Positions 20,136 through 30,868 of a stretch of DNA of 64,000 nucleotides are shown here, in pieces (positions within the stretch are counted from its first letter, which is position 1; each line of letters begins with the position of its first letter). The notes beneath the pieces were generated by a model that saw nothing but the letters and a program-made list of their open reading frames with translations, did no database searches and had not been told where the DNA came from. The position numbers and the translations under genes are program-made. The DNA is taken from contig CBDDPY010000002.1 in NCBI GenBank assembly GCA_965232515.1, positions 5,216,001 to 5,280,000 of the forward strand, in the 5' to 3' direction. This DNA comes from Alphaproteobacteria bacterium. Lineage in GTDB: Bacteria; Pseudomonadota; Alphaproteobacteria; GCA-2731375.

Positions 20136-20166
20136 CGTCATGCCCGCGCCTGACGCGGGCATCCAG
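20136..20166. repeat. Single CGTC-tagged REP-like palindrome
   Basis: CGTCATGCCCGCGCCTGACGCGGGCATCCAG, near-identical to the reverse complement of 11525-11555. Confidence 0.8.
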
Positions 20167-20198
20167 GAACGTTTGGGCAGGACGCGGCCAGAAGACCC

Positions 20199-22679
20199 CT
20201 AAAACTGCTCCAGCAGGCGGTCGATATAGTCGTGCTCGGCCGGCGCGCGGGTGCGGTCGGCGGCGCGGCGGCGCAACTCGTCCAGGATTTCGCGGGCCCG
20301 CTGCAGATCGGCCTCCTCGGGGATCGCCACGTCGCTGGTGTTGAGGCCGCCCTGCGGGTTGTTGCGGCCCAGCGGATCCTCGTCGGTCACGCCCATCTGC
20401 TCACCGTTCTGCTGGGCGTTGCCGAACTGCTGCGCCATCTCCTCCGCGAGCGACCGCATGCCCTCCGCCAATTGATCGAGGGCGCGGGTCTGGGCCTCGG
20501 CCGACGGCGATGCCTGGCCCTGCTGCAGCGCGTCGCGGGAATCGCGCATCGCCTGCTCGGCGCGGCCGAAGGGGCGCGGAATGTCGCCCAGGCTTTCGCC
20601 CATCTGCCGCATGATGTCGAACAGCTGCCGGCGCAGCGCTTCCTGCTCGGCCGACATGCCGGGCATGGGCTGGCCCTGCTGGCCGAACTGCTGCTGTCCC
20701 GGTTGCTGGCCGCGTTGTCCCGGCTGCGGCATCTGACCGCGCTGGCCCATTTGCGGCATCTGCCCGCGTTGGCCTTGCTGTTGCTGACCGCGCTGACCTT
20801 GCTGGGATTGGCGGAAGGTCTCGTCCAGCAGGCGCTGCTGCTGGCGCATCAGGTCGTTCAGCTCGCGCATGGCGCGCTCGGCGCCCTGCATCTGCTGCGG
20901 CATGGCCATCATCTGGCCGTTACGCATGTTCTCGAGCATTTCTTGCAGCTGGCGCAGCATCTCGCGGGCCGCGTCCTTGGCGCCCATGCGGCTCAGCTCG
21001 CGGGCCCGCTCGATCATGTCCTGCAGGTCCTGGGATTCGACCATCTGGCTGTTCGGATCCATCTGCTGCGGCTGCTCGCCGTTCTGGGCCTGCCGCATCG
21101 CCTGCTCGGCCATGGCCTGCAGATATTCCTGCAGCGCCCGGCTCAACTCGTCCATCAGACGCTCGATCTCGGCGTCGTCGGCGTCGCGGGCCAGCGCGTC
21201 CATCAGTGCCTGCTGGGCGTCGCGCAAGGCCCGTTCGGCCAGCGACACCTTGCCGTCCTCGATCCGGAGCGCGGTATCCCACAGCAGATCCTGCACGCTG
21301 GCGATGTCCTGTTTCTCGCCACTCCGGCGCAGCCGCGACACCGCGCTGTTCAGCGACAGATAGACGACGACGTCCTCATCGTAGGTTTCCGGGCCAGAGG
21401 CGATGCCGGCCAGCGCCAGCGCGATGATCCGCCGCCGCTCGGGCGCGCGCGACAGCTCCTTGCGCTGCTCGATAATGGCTTTCGCGACCGGATGGTTGAA
21501 GGTGCGTTCCGGCAGCACGAAATCGATCTGCTCGCTATAGCCGTCCTGCTCGATGCCGTCGGTCGCGATCAATTCGAGCGTGACCGGCAGGCCGGCCCAT
21601 GGATGCGGCGTCAGGTCGTGAAAGGCGGTGTCGGTCGCCGTCTGCAGGCCGATGCCCGGCAGCGGCATGTCCAGCGCCAGCACGTCGTCATTTTCGCTGT
21701 CACGCAGCCGGATTTCGGCGCGCACGGAGGCAATGCCGTAGTCGTCGGCGGCCTCGTAGTCGATCTTCAGCGCGTTGCGCAGCGTGACCGACAGCTCTTC
21801 GCTGAGTGCGATCTCCGGCGGCAGGTCGGGCACCAGCGAGATCGGCCAGGCCGCCAGCTCGGTCTCGCCCTGGGACACCGACAGGCGCTGGCCCTCGGTC
21901 AGTTCCCGGCTCAGTTCGTGGTTCAGGGCATCGACGGTCTCGAACGGCTGGGCCGCCTCGTCGACCTTCAGGACCGGCTGGGCGTCGCCGCCGAAGACTC
22001 GGGCCAGTACCGTGCTGCCGACGGGCACGTGCACGACGCTATCGCTGCCCTGCGGCGGCAACTGGGTCGGCGCGATACGGGTATAGGCGGGCGGGTTGAT
22101 CCAGACGTCGATCTCGGCCGCGACCGGCGCGGGGCCCGAAAAATCGGGCGTCACGGCGCGGGCAATGCGGTCGGCGCCGTCGCCGATACCGACGGCGAGG
22201 CCGATGATCAGGGCCAGAAACACCACCGCGCGGGTCGCGAACCGGTCGCGGATGGCCAGGCCGGGATGCGGCAGTCCGACCTTCAGGCGCGCCACGGTCT
22301 CGCGCATGCGGCGCTGGTGGGTCTGCCACAGGATTTGCGCGGCGCTGTCGCGTTCACTCGACAGCGTGTCTTCGATGGCCGTCAGGGGGCGGTGCGGCAG
22401 CTCGCTGACCCGCTCGACCCGGCGCTGCGCCAGCGGGAAGTCCGGCAGCCGCAGGTTCCGCAGGCCCCGCCAGAGCAGGACGCCGAATGCGGCGAGCGCG
22501 CCCAGCAGCAGGATGGCGTGCAGCCAGCCCGGCAGCGCCGGCAGCAGGTCGGTCAGCGCCAACGCGACGAAGCCCGCCGCCACGGCGGTCGCCGGCCAAA
22601 GCGCCGGCCACAGCCGCTCCCAGCACAGGGCCAGCCAGGCCAGGACCAACCGACGTCCGATATAGGCTTTGTCGTGCAC
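20199..22679 (-). CDS. TIGR02302/DUF4175 family membrane protein
   Basis: WERLWP N-terminus, WINPPAYT, DLTPHPWAG, ALRIEDG, Gln-rich region, DPLGR...RAREILDELRRR...DYIDRLL; downstream of lysA. Confidence 0.9.
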   Translation of the reverse strand: MHDKAYIGRRLVLAWLALCWERLWPALWPATAVAAGFVALALTDLLPALPGWLHAILLLGALAAFGVLLWRGLRNLRLPDFPLAQRRVERVSELPHRPLTAIEDTLSSERDSAAQILWQTHQRRMRETVARLKVGLPHPGLAIRDRFATRAVVFLALIIGLAVGIGDGADRIARAVTPDFSGPAPVAAEIDVWINPPAYTRIAPTQLPPQGSDSVVHVPVGSTVLARVFGGDAQPVLKVDEAAQPFETVDALNHELSRELTEGQRLSVSQGETELAAWPISLVPDLPPEIALSEELSVTLRNALKIDYEAADDYGIASVRAEIRLRDSENDDVLALDMPLPGIGLQTATDTAFHDLTPHPWAGLPVTLELIATDGIEQDGYSEQIDFVLPERTFNHPVAKAIIEQRKELSRAPERRRIIALALAGIASGPETYDEDVVVYLSLNSAVSRLRRSGEKQDIASVQDLLWDTALRIEDGKVSLAERALRDAQQALMDALARDADDAEIERLMDELSRALQEYLQAMAEQAMRQAQNGEQPQQMDPNSQMVESQDLQDMIERARELSRMGAKDAAREMLRQLQEMLENMRNGQMMAMPQQMQGAERAMRELNDLMRQQQRLLDETFRQSQQGQRGQQQQGQRGQMPQMGQRGQMPQPGQRGQQPGQQQFGQQGQPMPGMSAEQEALRRQLFDIMRQMGESLGDIPRPFGRAEQAMRDSRDALQQGQASPSAEAQTRALDQLAEGMRSLAEEMAQQFGNAQQNGEQMGVTDEDPLGRNNPQGGLNTSDVAIPEEADLQRAREILDELRRRAADRTRAPAEHDYIDRLLEQF

Positions 22680-23968
22680 TAGGCCGCTCCGCGTTCGGCG
22701 CCGTCGTCCGCCGCCAGCCAGGGCGGCAGATTGTCGAGCGTCAGCAGTTCATCGAGGGTCTGGCGCGACCGCACCACGGCGAAGTCGCTGCCGTTCACCA
22801 ACACCTCGGCCGCCAGCGGCCGGCTGTTGTAGGTCGAGGACATCACCGCACTATAGGCGCCGGCGGACCGGACCGCGATCAAATCGTCGGGATCGAGCGG
22901 CGGTGCCGGCCGGTTCGAGGCCAGCACGTCGCCGGATTCGCAGACCGGGCCGACATAGTCGACCGCGCCGAGCGTGGCGTCGGACGCGGCCTGCCGGACC
23001 GGCACGATATCGTGCCAGGCGTCGTAGAGCGACGGCCGGATCAGATCGTTCATGGCGGCGTCGAGGATCACGAAGCGCCGGCCCTCGTCCTTCACATAGA
23101 TGACCTTGGCCACCAGCACGCCGGCATTGCCGACCAGCATGCGGCCTGGTTCGAATATAAGGCGGCAATCGGTATTGCCAACGACCCGCCGTACCATGGC
23201 GGCGTATTCGGCCGGCGTCGGCGGCGTCTCGCCGCCGTAAGGAATGCCCAGGCCGCCGCCCAGGTCGATGCGGGCGATGTCGTGGCCCTCGGCCCTGAGC
23301 GCGCCGGCCAGATCGACGATGCGGCCGAACGCGGTCTCATAGGGCGCCAGATCCGTCAGTTGCGAGCCGATATGCAGCGACACGCCGACCACCTCGATGC
23401 CCGGCAGCCTGGCGGCCATCCCGTAGATATCGTGCGCCCGGTTCCAGGGAATGCCGAACTTGTTGTCGAACTTGCCGGTTGTGATCTTTGCGTGTGTTTT
23501 GGCATCGACGTCAGGGTTGACCCGGACCGTCACCGGCGCGGCGACTCCGCGGCCCGCCGCCACCTCGCTCAAGGCCTTCAGTTCGGGCTCGCTCTCGACG
23601 TTGAACTGGTAGATGCCGGCGTCCAGCGCTTCGGCCATCTCGACCCTGGTCTTACCGACGCCGGCGAAGACGATGCGGTCGGCCGGGATGCCGGCGGTCA
23701 GCGCGCGCCGCAGCTCGCCGCCGGAGACGACGTCGGCGCCGGCGCCCATCTCGCCGAAGGTGCGGATCACGGCCTGGTTCGAATTCGCCTTCAGCGCATA
23801 GCAGACCAGCGCGTCGCGGTCGGCGAATTCGCCGGCGAAGACCTGATAGTGCCGGGCCATGGTGGCGGTCGAATAGCAGAAGAACGGCGTGCCGACGTCA
23901 GCCGCGATGCGGGCCAGCGGCACATCCTCGGCATACATCTCGCCGTCGCGATAACTGAAATGGTCCAT
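22679..23968 (-). CDS. lysA: Diaminopimelate decarboxylase
   Basis: YALKANSN, DVVSGGE, HIGSQ, DLGGG, EPGR, GPVCESGD, SSTYNSRP. Confidence 0.96.
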   Translation of the reverse strand: MDHFSYRDGEMYAEDVPLARIAADVGTPFFCYSTATMARHYQVFAGEFADRDALVCYALKANSNQAVIRTFGEMGAGADVVSGGELRRALTAGIPADRIVFAGVGKTRVEMAEALDAGIYQFNVESEPELKALSEVAAGRGVAAPVTVRVNPDVDAKTHAKITTGKFDNKFGIPWNRAHDIYGMAARLPGIEVVGVSLHIGSQLTDLAPYETAFGRIVDLAGALRAEGHDIARIDLGGGLGIPYGGETPPTPAEYAAMVRRVVGNTDCRLIFEPGRMLVGNAGVLVAKVIYVKDEGRRFVILDAAMNDLIRPSLYDAWHDIVPVRQAASDATLGAVDYVGPVCESGDVLASNRPAPPLDPDDLIAVRSAGAYSAVMSSTYNSRPLAAEVLVNGSDFAVVRSRQTLDELLTLDNLPPWLAADDGAERGAA

Positions 23969-23972
23969 GGCC

Positions 23973-24119
23973 TCAGTTCGTCGTTGCCGGACGCCGCTTC
24001 TTCGCGTCCTCCTCGTCCGCGGCCTTCGGCGGATCCTCCAACGGTCCCTTCTTGCCGCAGGCGGACAGTCCGGCCGTGGCCGCGAAAGCGAACAGAATAG
24101 CGAAAATCAGCCGGGTCAT
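23973..24119 (-). CDS. Small lipoprotein, LptM/YifL family (48 aa, below ORF-track cutoff)
   Basis: [31 protein letters not shown]...; lipobox followed by CGxKGPL; ATGA overlap with argH stop. Confidence 0.85.
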   Translation of the reverse strand: MTRLIFAILFAFAATAGLSACGKKGPLEDPPKAADEEDAKKRRPATTN

Positions 24120-25516
24120 GCCAGCCGCGCCTTCGCCGCCGCGATCGCCTGCAGCACCTGGCTCGGCGCCGTGCCGCCATAGCTCGTGCGGCTGCGCACC
24201 GAATTCTCGACGCCCAGCACCTCGAACACCTCCGATGTGATCGCCGGCTCGACGCCCGTCATGTCGTCGAGCGACAGCTCGGCGAGGTCGCAGCCGCGCT
24301 GTTCGGCAATCGCCACCAGCCGGCCCGTGACATGGTGCGCCTGCCGGAACGGCAGTCCGGCCGCGCGCACCAGCCAGTCGGCGAGATCGGTCGCCGTGCT
24401 GAAGCCGGCGCCGGCGGCGCTCGCCATGGCATCTCGGTTGACGCCCATGTCCCGCACCATGCCGGCCATGGCGGCGAGCGTCAGCGCCATCGTGTCGGCG
24501 ACCTCGAAAACCGGTTCCTTGTCTTCCTGCATGTCCTTCGAATAAGTCATCGGCAGGCCTTTCATGACAATCAGCAGCGCGTTCAGATCGCCGATCACCC
24601 GGCCGGCCTTGGCGCGGATCAGCTCGGCGGCATCCGGATTGCGTTTCTGCGGCATGATCGACGAGCCGGTGCTGAAGGCGTCGCTCAACTGCACGAAGCC
24701 GAACTGTGCCGACGACCAGTTAACGATTTCTTCAGCGAGCCGCGACAGGTGCGTCGCGCAGATCGCCGCCGCCGCGAGATATTCGATCGCGAAGTCGCGC
24801 GACGCGACCGCGTCCATCGAGTTCGCCATCGGCCGGTCGAAACCGAGCGCCTTGCTGGTCGCCTCGCGGTCGATCGGAAACGACGTGCCGGCCAGCGCCG
24901 CCGCGCCCAGCGGACATTCGTTCATGCGCCGCCGGCAATCGGCGGCTCGGCCGGCGTCGCGCGCAAACATCTCGACATAGGCCATCATGTGGTGGCCGAA
25001 GGTGACGGGCTGGGCCGCCTGCAGGTGCGTGAAACCCGGCATCACCGCATCCACATGGGCCTCGGCCTGGCTCAACAGCGCCCGTTGCAGGTCGTCCAGC
25101 CCGGCGATCAGCTCGTCGAGCGCGCCGCGCACCCAGATCCGGAAGTCGGTCGCCACCTGGTCGTTGCGCGACCGCCCCGTATGCAGCCGGCCGGCCGGCT
25201 CGCCGATGATCTCGGCCAGGCGCGCCTCGACATGCATGTGAATATCCTCGCGCGCCGCCGAATAGGTGAACGTGCCGGCCCGGATCTCGTCTTCGACCTG
25301 GTCAAGCCCTTTCAAGATCGCGTGACCGTCGTCCTCGGTCAGGATTCCCTGGGCGACCAGCATGTTACAATGCGCGCGGCTGCCGGCGATGTCTTCGGCA
25401 TAAAAACGGCGGTCGAAGTCGATGGAGGCGTTGATCCGCTCCATGATCTCCGCGTGGCCTCCGGCGAAGCGGCCGCCCCAGAGCGCATTGGCGTCGCGAC
25501 GCGGCTTGTCGGTCAT
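24116..25516 (-). CDS. argH: Argininosuccinate lyase
   Basis: [39 protein letters not shown] signature. Confidence 0.97.
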   Translation of the reverse strand: MTDKPRRDANALWGGRFAGGHAEIMERINASIDFDRRFYAEDIAGSRAHCNMLVAQGILTEDDGHAILKGLDQVEDEIRAGTFTYSAAREDIHMHVEARLAEIIGEPAGRLHTGRSRNDQVATDFRIWVRGALDELIAGLDDLQRALLSQAEAHVDAVMPGFTHLQAAQPVTFGHHMMAYVEMFARDAGRAADCRRRMNECPLGAAALAGTSFPIDREATSKALGFDRPMANSMDAVASRDFAIEYLAAAAICATHLSRLAEEIVNWSSAQFGFVQLSDAFSTGSSIMPQKRNPDAAELIRAKAGRVIGDLNALLIVMKGLPMTYSKDMQEDKEPVFEVADTMALTLAAMAGMVRDMGVNRDAMASAAGAGFSTATDLADWLVRAAGLPFRQAHHVTGRLVAIAEQRGCDLAELSLDDMTGVEPAITSEVFEVLGVENSVRSRTSYGGTAPSQVLQAIAAAKARLA

Positions 25517-25575
25517 ATCTTGAACTCCTACCTAACGAAGTGCGTTTACAAAGCAGGCGCGTGCAAAGGGTGACG

Positions 25576-26157
25576 ATGTCGAAACTACGGTCGAAGTTGC
25601 GCATTCTCCGGACCGGCCTGATCGGCTTCTGCCTGGGCATCGCGCTCACGTTGCCAGCGGCGGCCGAACCGCCGGCCGATCTCGCCTCCGGCGCGATGGC
25701 GAACTTTACAATTTTGCCCGAGCCCAAGCCAGGGCCCGAGGTCAGTTTCGTCAACGGCGACGGCAAGGAACTCAGTCTGGCTGATTTCCGCGGCAAGGTG
25801 CTGCTGGTCAACCTGTGGGCCACCTGGTGCGGACCGTGCCGGCGCGAGATGCCGGATCTCGACGCTCTGCAGGCGGAATTCGGCGGCGACAAGTTCGAGG
25901 TCGTGGCGATCTCGGCCGACCGGCAGGGACCGTCGGTAATCGGCCCGTTCTATGACGAGGTCGGCGTCAAGAACCTGGTGCACTACAACGACAAGACCAT
26001 GAAGACGCACCGCGCGATGCGGTCGCTCGGCCTGCCCACCACGATCATGTACGATGCCAAGGGCCGCGAGGTCGGGCGCCTGATCGGCCCGGCCCACTGG
26101 GCCGCGCCCGAGGCCTTCCGTCTGGTCCGATACTTCGTCGACGCGGCGGGTTCCTAG
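25576..26157 (+). CDS. TlpA family thiol-disulfide oxidoreductase
   Basis: LVNLWATWCGPCRREMP, GLPTT; divergent from argH. Confidence 0.9.
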   Translation: MSKLRSKLRILRTGLIGFCLGIALTLPAAAEPPADLASGAMANFTILPEPKPGPEVSFVNGDGKELSLADFRGKVLLVNLWATWCGPCRREMPDLDALQAEFGGDKFEVVAISADRQGPSVIGPFYDEVGVKNLVHYNDKTMKTHRAMRSLGLPTTIMYDAKGREVGRLIGPAHWAAPEAFRLVRYFVDAAGS

Positions 26158-26180
26158 ATCGAATTCGATGCCGCTCGGCT

Positions 26181-26480
26181 TCAGCCGTCGTCGTCGATCT
26201 GATCGGTCAGCCAGTCGATCACGCGGTTGACGTTCGGCTGGGTCATGTCGAAGGTCAGCGCCAGGCCGTCCGGCATCGACCGCACCACGGTGACCTGAAA
26301 GCGGTTGTCGGCGTCGATCACCAGGGCGCCGATGCTGCCGGCGCCGGCCTTCAGCGTGGTCTTCACGCAAACCCCGCCCATCGACAGGTTGCACAGGGTG
26401 CAAGGCGCCGAATCCTTGCCGATCACCAGCTCGTATTGGCCGGACGCATCTCGTCGCGTGTGTTCGCGTCGTTCGTTCAC
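26181..26480 (-). CDS. PilZ domain protein
   Basis: RREHTR (RxxxR) and NLSMGG (D/NxSxxG) c-di-GMP-binding motifs. Confidence 0.75.
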   Translation of the reverse strand: MNERREHTRRDASGQYELVIGKDSAPCTLCNLSMGGVCVKTTLKAGAGSIGALVIDADNRFQVTVVRSMPDGLALTFDMTQPNVNRVIDWLTDQIDDDG

Positions 26481-27349
26481 CGGGTCGGCATCGGCGTGTC
26501 GCCGCTATAATCGTAGAAACCGCGTCCGGTCTTGCGGCCAAGCCAGCCGGCCTCGACGTATTTCACCAGCAGCGGACAGGGGCGGTATTTGCTGTCGGCC
26601 AGACCCTCGTACAGCACCTGCATGATCGACAGGCAGGTATCGAGGCCGATGAAGTCGGCGAGCTGCAATGGGCCCATGGGATGATGCGCGCCGAGCCGCA
26701 TGCTGGTGTCGATCGCCTCGACGCTGCCGACGCCCTCATAAAGCGTGTAGATCGCCTCGTTGATCATCGGCAGCAGGATCCGGTTGACGATGAAGGCCGG
26801 GAAATCCTCGGCGTTCGCCGGCGTCTTGCCCAACTTGACGACGATCTCCCGGATCGCGTCGAAGGTCGCTTGATCCGTGGCGATGCCGCGGATCAGCTCG
26901 ACCAGCTCCATCGCCGGCACCGGGTTCATGAAATGCATGCCCATGAACTTCTCGGGCCGATCGGTGGCGGCGGCGAGGCGGGTGATCGAAATCGACGAGC
27001 TGTTGGTCGTGATCAGCGCGGTCTCGGACAATTGCGGGCACAGCTCGGCGAAGATCTGGCGTTTGACCTGCTCGTCCTCGGTCGCCGCTTCGACCGCCAG
27101 GTCGACCTTGTCGAAGGCCTCCAGGCTGTCGACCTCCTGAATGCGGCCGAGGGCCGCGTTCATTTCGTCCTCGCTGATCTTTTCGCGCGCGACCTGTCGC
27201 TTCAGGTTGCCGTGGATTGTCGCCATGGCGCGGTCGCGCTGATCGGCGTTGCTGTCGTAGAGCAGAATGTCGTACCCGGCGAGCGAGCAGACATGGGCGA
27301 TGCCGTTGCCCATCTGGCCGGCGCCGATAATGCCGATCGTATTTATCAT
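26477..27349 (-). CDS. hbd: 3-hydroxybutyryl-CoA dehydrogenase
   Basis: GAGQMGNGIA, GMHFMNPVP, FIVNRIL, HPMGPLQLADFIGLD, LGRKTGRGFY. Confidence 0.93.
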   Translation of the reverse strand: MINTIGIIGAGQMGNGIAHVCSLAGYDILLYDSNADQRDRAMATIHGNLKRQVAREKISEDEMNAALGRIQEVDSLEAFDKVDLAVEAATEDEQVKRQIFAELCPQLSETALITTNSSSISITRLAAATDRPEKFMGMHFMNPVPAMELVELIRGIATDQATFDAIREIVVKLGKTPANAEDFPAFIVNRILLPMINEAIYTLYEGVGSVEAIDTSMRLGAHHPMGPLQLADFIGLDTCLSIMQVLYEGLADSKYRPCPLLVKYVEAGWLGRKTGRGFYDYSGDTPMPTR

Positions 27350-27377
27350 CTCGCTACCTCGGGGCCGGCCGCGCGGC

Positions 27378-28325
27378 TCAGGCCGGCGGCAGCTTTTCCA
27401 GCTCCTGCTCGAGTTCGGGCACCGCGTTGAACAGGTCGGCGACCAGGCCGTAATCGGCGACCTGGAAAATCGGCGCCTCCTCGTCCTTGTTGATGGCGAC
27501 GATCACCTTGCTGTCCTTCATGCCGGCCAGATGCTGAATGGCGCCGGAGATGCCGACGGCGATATAGAGCTCCGGCGCGACCACCTTGCCGGTCTGGCCG
27601 ACCTGGTAATCGTTCGGCACGAAGCCGGCGTCGACCGCGGCCCGGCTGGCGCCGACGGCGGCGCCCAGCTTGTCGGCGACCTTCTCGATCAGATGGAAGT
27701 TATCGCCGGACTGCATGCCGCGACCGCCCGAAATCACCACTCGGGCGCTGGTCAGCTCGGGCCGTTCCGACTTCGACAGCTCGGCGCCGACGAAGCTCGA
27801 CAGGCCCGGATCGTTCGCCGCGCCGACGGTCTTGACCGCCGCCGAGCCGCCGGTCGCTTCGGCCTTGGCGAAGGTCGTGGTGCGTACGGTGATGGCCTTG
27901 AAGCCATCGCTCGACTGCACCGTCGCCATGGCGTTGCCGGCATAGATCGGCCGCACGAAGGTATCGGCGGACTCGACGGCGGTGATGTCGGAGATCTGGC
28001 TCACGTCCTTCAGCGCGGCGACGCGGGGCATGTAGTTCTTGCCCGTGGTCGTGGCCGCGGCCAGCACGGCGCCGTAATTGTCGGCCAACGACACCAGCAG
28101 ATCGGCCATCGGCTCGGCCAGCGCGTGCTCGTAGTGCGGCGCGTCGGCGACCAGCACTTTCGACACACCGGCGATCTGCGCCGCGGCTTCGGCCACCGCG
28201 CCGCAACCGGCCCCGGCGACCAGGACATGCACGTCGCTGTCGATGGCGGCGGCGGCGGTGACAACGTTCAACGTGGCCGGCTTCAGCTCGGCATTGTCGT
28301 GTTCGGCAACGACCAGGACGGCCAT
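27378..28325 (-). CDS. etfA: Electron transfer flavoprotein alpha subunit
   Basis: [46 protein letters not shown]. Confidence 0.97.
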   Translation of the reverse strand: MAVLVVAEHDNAELKPATLNVVTAAAAIDSDVHVLVAGAGCGAVAEAAAQIAGVSKVLVADAPHYEHALAEPMADLLVSLADNYGAVLAAATTTGKNYMPRVAALKDVSQISDITAVESADTFVRPIYAGNAMATVQSSDGFKAITVRTTTFAKAEATGGSAAVKTVGAANDPGLSSFVGAELSKSERPELTSARVVISGGRGMQSGDNFHLIEKVADKLGAAVGASRAAVDAGFVPNDYQVGQTGKVVAPELYIAVGISGAIQHLAGMKDSKVIVAINKDEEAPIFQVADYGLVADLFNAVPELEQELEKLPPA

Positions 28326-29074
28326 CAGATCACTCCCGCTTCGTTACGCAGTTTGTCGACCAGTTCGGCGATGGTCTCGACCTTGACGCCGGCCTGGCGC
28401 TTCGGCGGCTCCTCGACCTTCAGCGTGGTCTGGCGCGGCGCCGTGTCGACGCCCAGATCCGCCGGCGCGCTCTCGTCGATTGGCTTCTTCTTCGCCTTCA
28501 TGATGTTCGGCAGCGAGGCATAGCGCGGCTCGTTCAGGCGCAGGTCCGTTGTGACCACGGCCGGCATGTTCAATGCCACCGTCTGCAGCCCGCCGTCGAC
28601 CTCGCGGGTGACGTTCAGCTTGCCGTCGGCCAGCTCCAGCTTCGAGGCGAACGTGCCCTGCGACCAGTTCAACAGCGCGCCAAGCATCTGGCCGGTCTGG
28701 TTGCAGTCGTCGTCGATCGCCTGCTTGCCCATGATGATCAGGTCGGGGCTTTCCTTCTCGACCAACGCCTTCAGGATCTTCGCCACGTGCAGCGGCTCCA
28801 GCGCGTCCTCGGTCTTCACCAGAATGCCGCGGTCGGCGCCCATGGCCAGTGCCGTGCGGATCGTCTCCTGGCATTGCTGCACGCCGATGCTGACGGCGAC
28901 GATCTCTTCAGCCTGGCCGGCCTCCTTCAGGCGGATGGCCTCCTCGACGGCGATCTCGTCGAACGGATTCATCGACATTTTGACGTTGTTCAGGTCGACG
29001 CCGGTGCCGTCCGCCTTGACGCGGATCTTCACGTTGTAGTCGACCACCCGTTTGACGGGGACCAGGATCTTCAT
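28325..29074 (-). CDS. etfB: Electron transfer flavoprotein beta subunit
   Basis: [46 protein letters not shown]. Confidence 0.97.
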   Translation of the reverse strand: MKILVPVKRVVDYNVKIRVKADGTGVDLNNVKMSMNPFDEIAVEEAIRLKEAGQAEEIVAVSIGVQQCQETIRTALAMGADRGILVKTEDALEPLHVAKILKALVEKESPDLIIMGKQAIDDDCNQTGQMLGALLNWSQGTFASKLELADGKLNVTREVDGGLQTVALNMPAVVTTDLRLNEPRYASLPNIMKAKKKPIDESAPADLGVDTAPRQTTLKVEEPPKRQAGVKVETIAELVDKLRNEAGVI

Positions 29075-29224
29075 TCTTGACGCGCTCCGGGTGAGTAGCG
29101 GGACCGCCGTCCGGGCTCGGAAAATCGGCGGCGGTATTGGAAATTCGTTCGAAAATCGAGCGGCAAAATAGTTCTCCGGTCAGGGCAAGTCAACGAATCG
29201 CGTGCAGTGCAGCATGGATCGCCG

Positions 29225-29788
29225 TCAGCGGTTCGCCCCCGGCGTCCACAGCACGTCGCGGGCGCCGTCATCGTTGAGGTGCCGGCCCAGGACGAACAGG
29301 TGGTCCGACAGCCGGTTGATGTATTTCATCGCCTGCTCGTTGACCGGCTCGGCCGCGGCCAGCTCGACCATCAGCCGCTCGGCCCGGCGGCTAACGGTGC
29401 GGGCGAGATGCAGGTGCGCCGCGGCCGCCGTGCCGCCCGGCAGGATGAAGGATTTCAACGGCGCCAGTTTTTCGTTCATGGCGTCGATCTCGGCCTCGAG
29501 CCGGGTCACCTGCGGCGCGACGATGCGCAATGCGCCGGCGCTGCGTTCGTTGCCTTCCGGCGTGCAGAGATCGGCGCCCAGGTCGAACAGGTCGTTCTGG
29601 ATCCGCGCCAGCATGGCGTCGGCCTCGCCGTCGGTATGCAGGCGTGCGAGGCCGATGGCGGCGTTGGCCTCATCGACGGTGCCGTAGGCGGCGATGCGCA
29701 CATCCGTCTTCGGCCGGCGGCTGCCGTCGCCCAGGCCGGTCTCGCCGGCATCGCCGGTGCGCGTATAGATCTTCGACAGCGTCACCAT
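29225..29788 (-). CDS. pduO: Cob(I)alamin adenosyltransferase, PduO type
   Basis: KIYTRTGDAGET, YGTVDEAN, QNDLFDLGADL, FILPGG, RTVSRRAER, NRLSDHLF. Confidence 0.93.
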   Translation of the reverse strand: MVTLSKIYTRTGDAGETGLGDGSRRPKTDVRIAAYGTVDEANAAIGLARLHTDGEADAMLARIQNDLFDLGADLCTPEGNERSAGALRIVAPQVTRLEAEIDAMNEKLAPLKSFILPGGTAAAAHLHLARTVSRRAERLMVELAAAEPVNEQAMKYINRLSDHLFVLGRHLNDDGARDVLWTPGANR

Positions 29789-29800
29789 GATCGATGTTTC

Positions 29801-29995
29801 CTAACCCCGGTTGGCCAGGTAGATCAGCAGGATGATGCCCAGCGCCACGGCCTGCAGGATCACGCGCCAGCGCATCAGCGCATTGCCGTGCTTGCGGTTG
29901 AAGTCGCCGCCTTTCGCCATGCTGACCACGCCAAACAGCAGCACGCCGGTAATCGCGATCAGCGCGGCGACCAGCAGGATATTCAGAAATGCCAT
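29801..29995 (-). CDS. Twin-transmembrane-helix small protein (HIG1-like)
   Basis: Two hydrophobic helices around GNALMRWRVILQ; typical position upstream of pduO-etfB. Confidence 0.8.
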   Translation of the reverse strand: MAFLNILLVAALIAITGVLLFGVVSMAKGGDFNRKHGNALMRWRVILQAVALGIILLIYLANRG

Positions 29996-30058
29996 GCGTC
30001 AACATATACGCCGGCCGTCCGGCGCAGCCAGCCTAATTTAGCGAGGCGCGTTGGTGCG

Positions 30059-30868
30059 CTAGCTCTGGTCGCCAACCGCCAGCCAGTAACGCCGGTTCAG
30101 CTCCCACATGGCGTAGTCGTGCGCGTGCTCCAGACAGCGCCGCAGGCTGAAGGGGCCGTCCGACGACACCTCGGCAAGACACGCGTCATAGGCGCGCTTG
30201 GCCCTGTCGCCACCGCTGTCCAGCAATGCCGTCGCTGCCGTTGCCGTGCTTCGCGACCATAGGGACTGCTGCGTCTCGTCATCGACGCGGCCCACCGTCG
30301 GCAAGGCGTTGATCAGGCCGTTCAACAGCCGCGCGGCGTCAGCGCCCGCCCCGCCATTGTCGACGATATCGGCGCCGGTGGCGCGGTTCGGCCCCAGCGC
30401 CCGAGCGATCTGCTCGGGCTTGTGCGGCCGGTGGTGGCTCGGCAGCGTCACGGGCAGCAGCGCCACGTCGGCGCCGACCTCGATCGCCAGCGCCGTCGCG
30501 TCCAGATCGGCCAGCAGGCTTTCCGGCAGGCTGATGCGCACCGCGGCATATCCGCGCAGGCTTTCGAATTGGGCGTCGTCGCCGACCTGCAGGCGCAACT
30601 CGTCGCCCGTCGATGTGCGCGCGACCAGCGTCAGGTCGCCGTTCGCCGGCGTGTCGGCCAGCCGGTAGGGGCTCTTGTGCCCCGGCCCGGCGCGGTCCGG
30701 CTCCATGCAAAAGGCGCTGAACTCGGCCGCGCAGACGCCGTCGGCGCAACTCAGCGGCGTCGCGCCGTTGGTGGTGATCAACGCCAGGATCTGCGGCGCC
30801 GCCTGGGCGGCCGTCAGCGGCGCGGTCAAAATCACTGCAAGCGACGTCAGGAATAAGCGGAAGGACAT
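30059..30868 (-). CDS. Secreted Cys-containing hypothetical protein
   Basis: GGAGG RBS, signal peptide MSFRLFLTSLAVILTAPLTAAQA, SCADGVCAAEFSAFC motif; no recognised family. Confidence 0.7.
   Translation of the reverse strand: MSFRLFLTSLAVILTAPLTAAQAAPQILALITTNGATPLSCADGVCAAEFSAFCMEPDRAGPGHKSPYRLADTPANGDLTLVARTSTGDELRLQVGDDAQFESLRGYAAVRISLPESLLADLDATALAIEVGADVALLPVTLPSHHRPHKPEQIARALGPNRATGADIVDNGGAGADAARLLNGLINALPTVGRVDDETQQSLWSRSTATAATALLDSGGDRAKRAYDACLAEVSSDGPFSLRRCLEHAHDYAMWELNRRYWLAVGDQS

Noticed and set aside
20640-20820. Gln/Gly-rich tandem repeats (GQRGQMPQ) in the TIGR02302 gene
   Set aside because: Low-complexity linker normal for this family; not a CRISPR or contingency repeat
20232-22682. 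816-aa plus-strand ORF and many other long antisense ORFs (e.g. 48516-50294, 38411-39979, 22487-24100)
   Set aside because: Shadow frames of well-supported genes in high-GC DNA; no motifs or RBS
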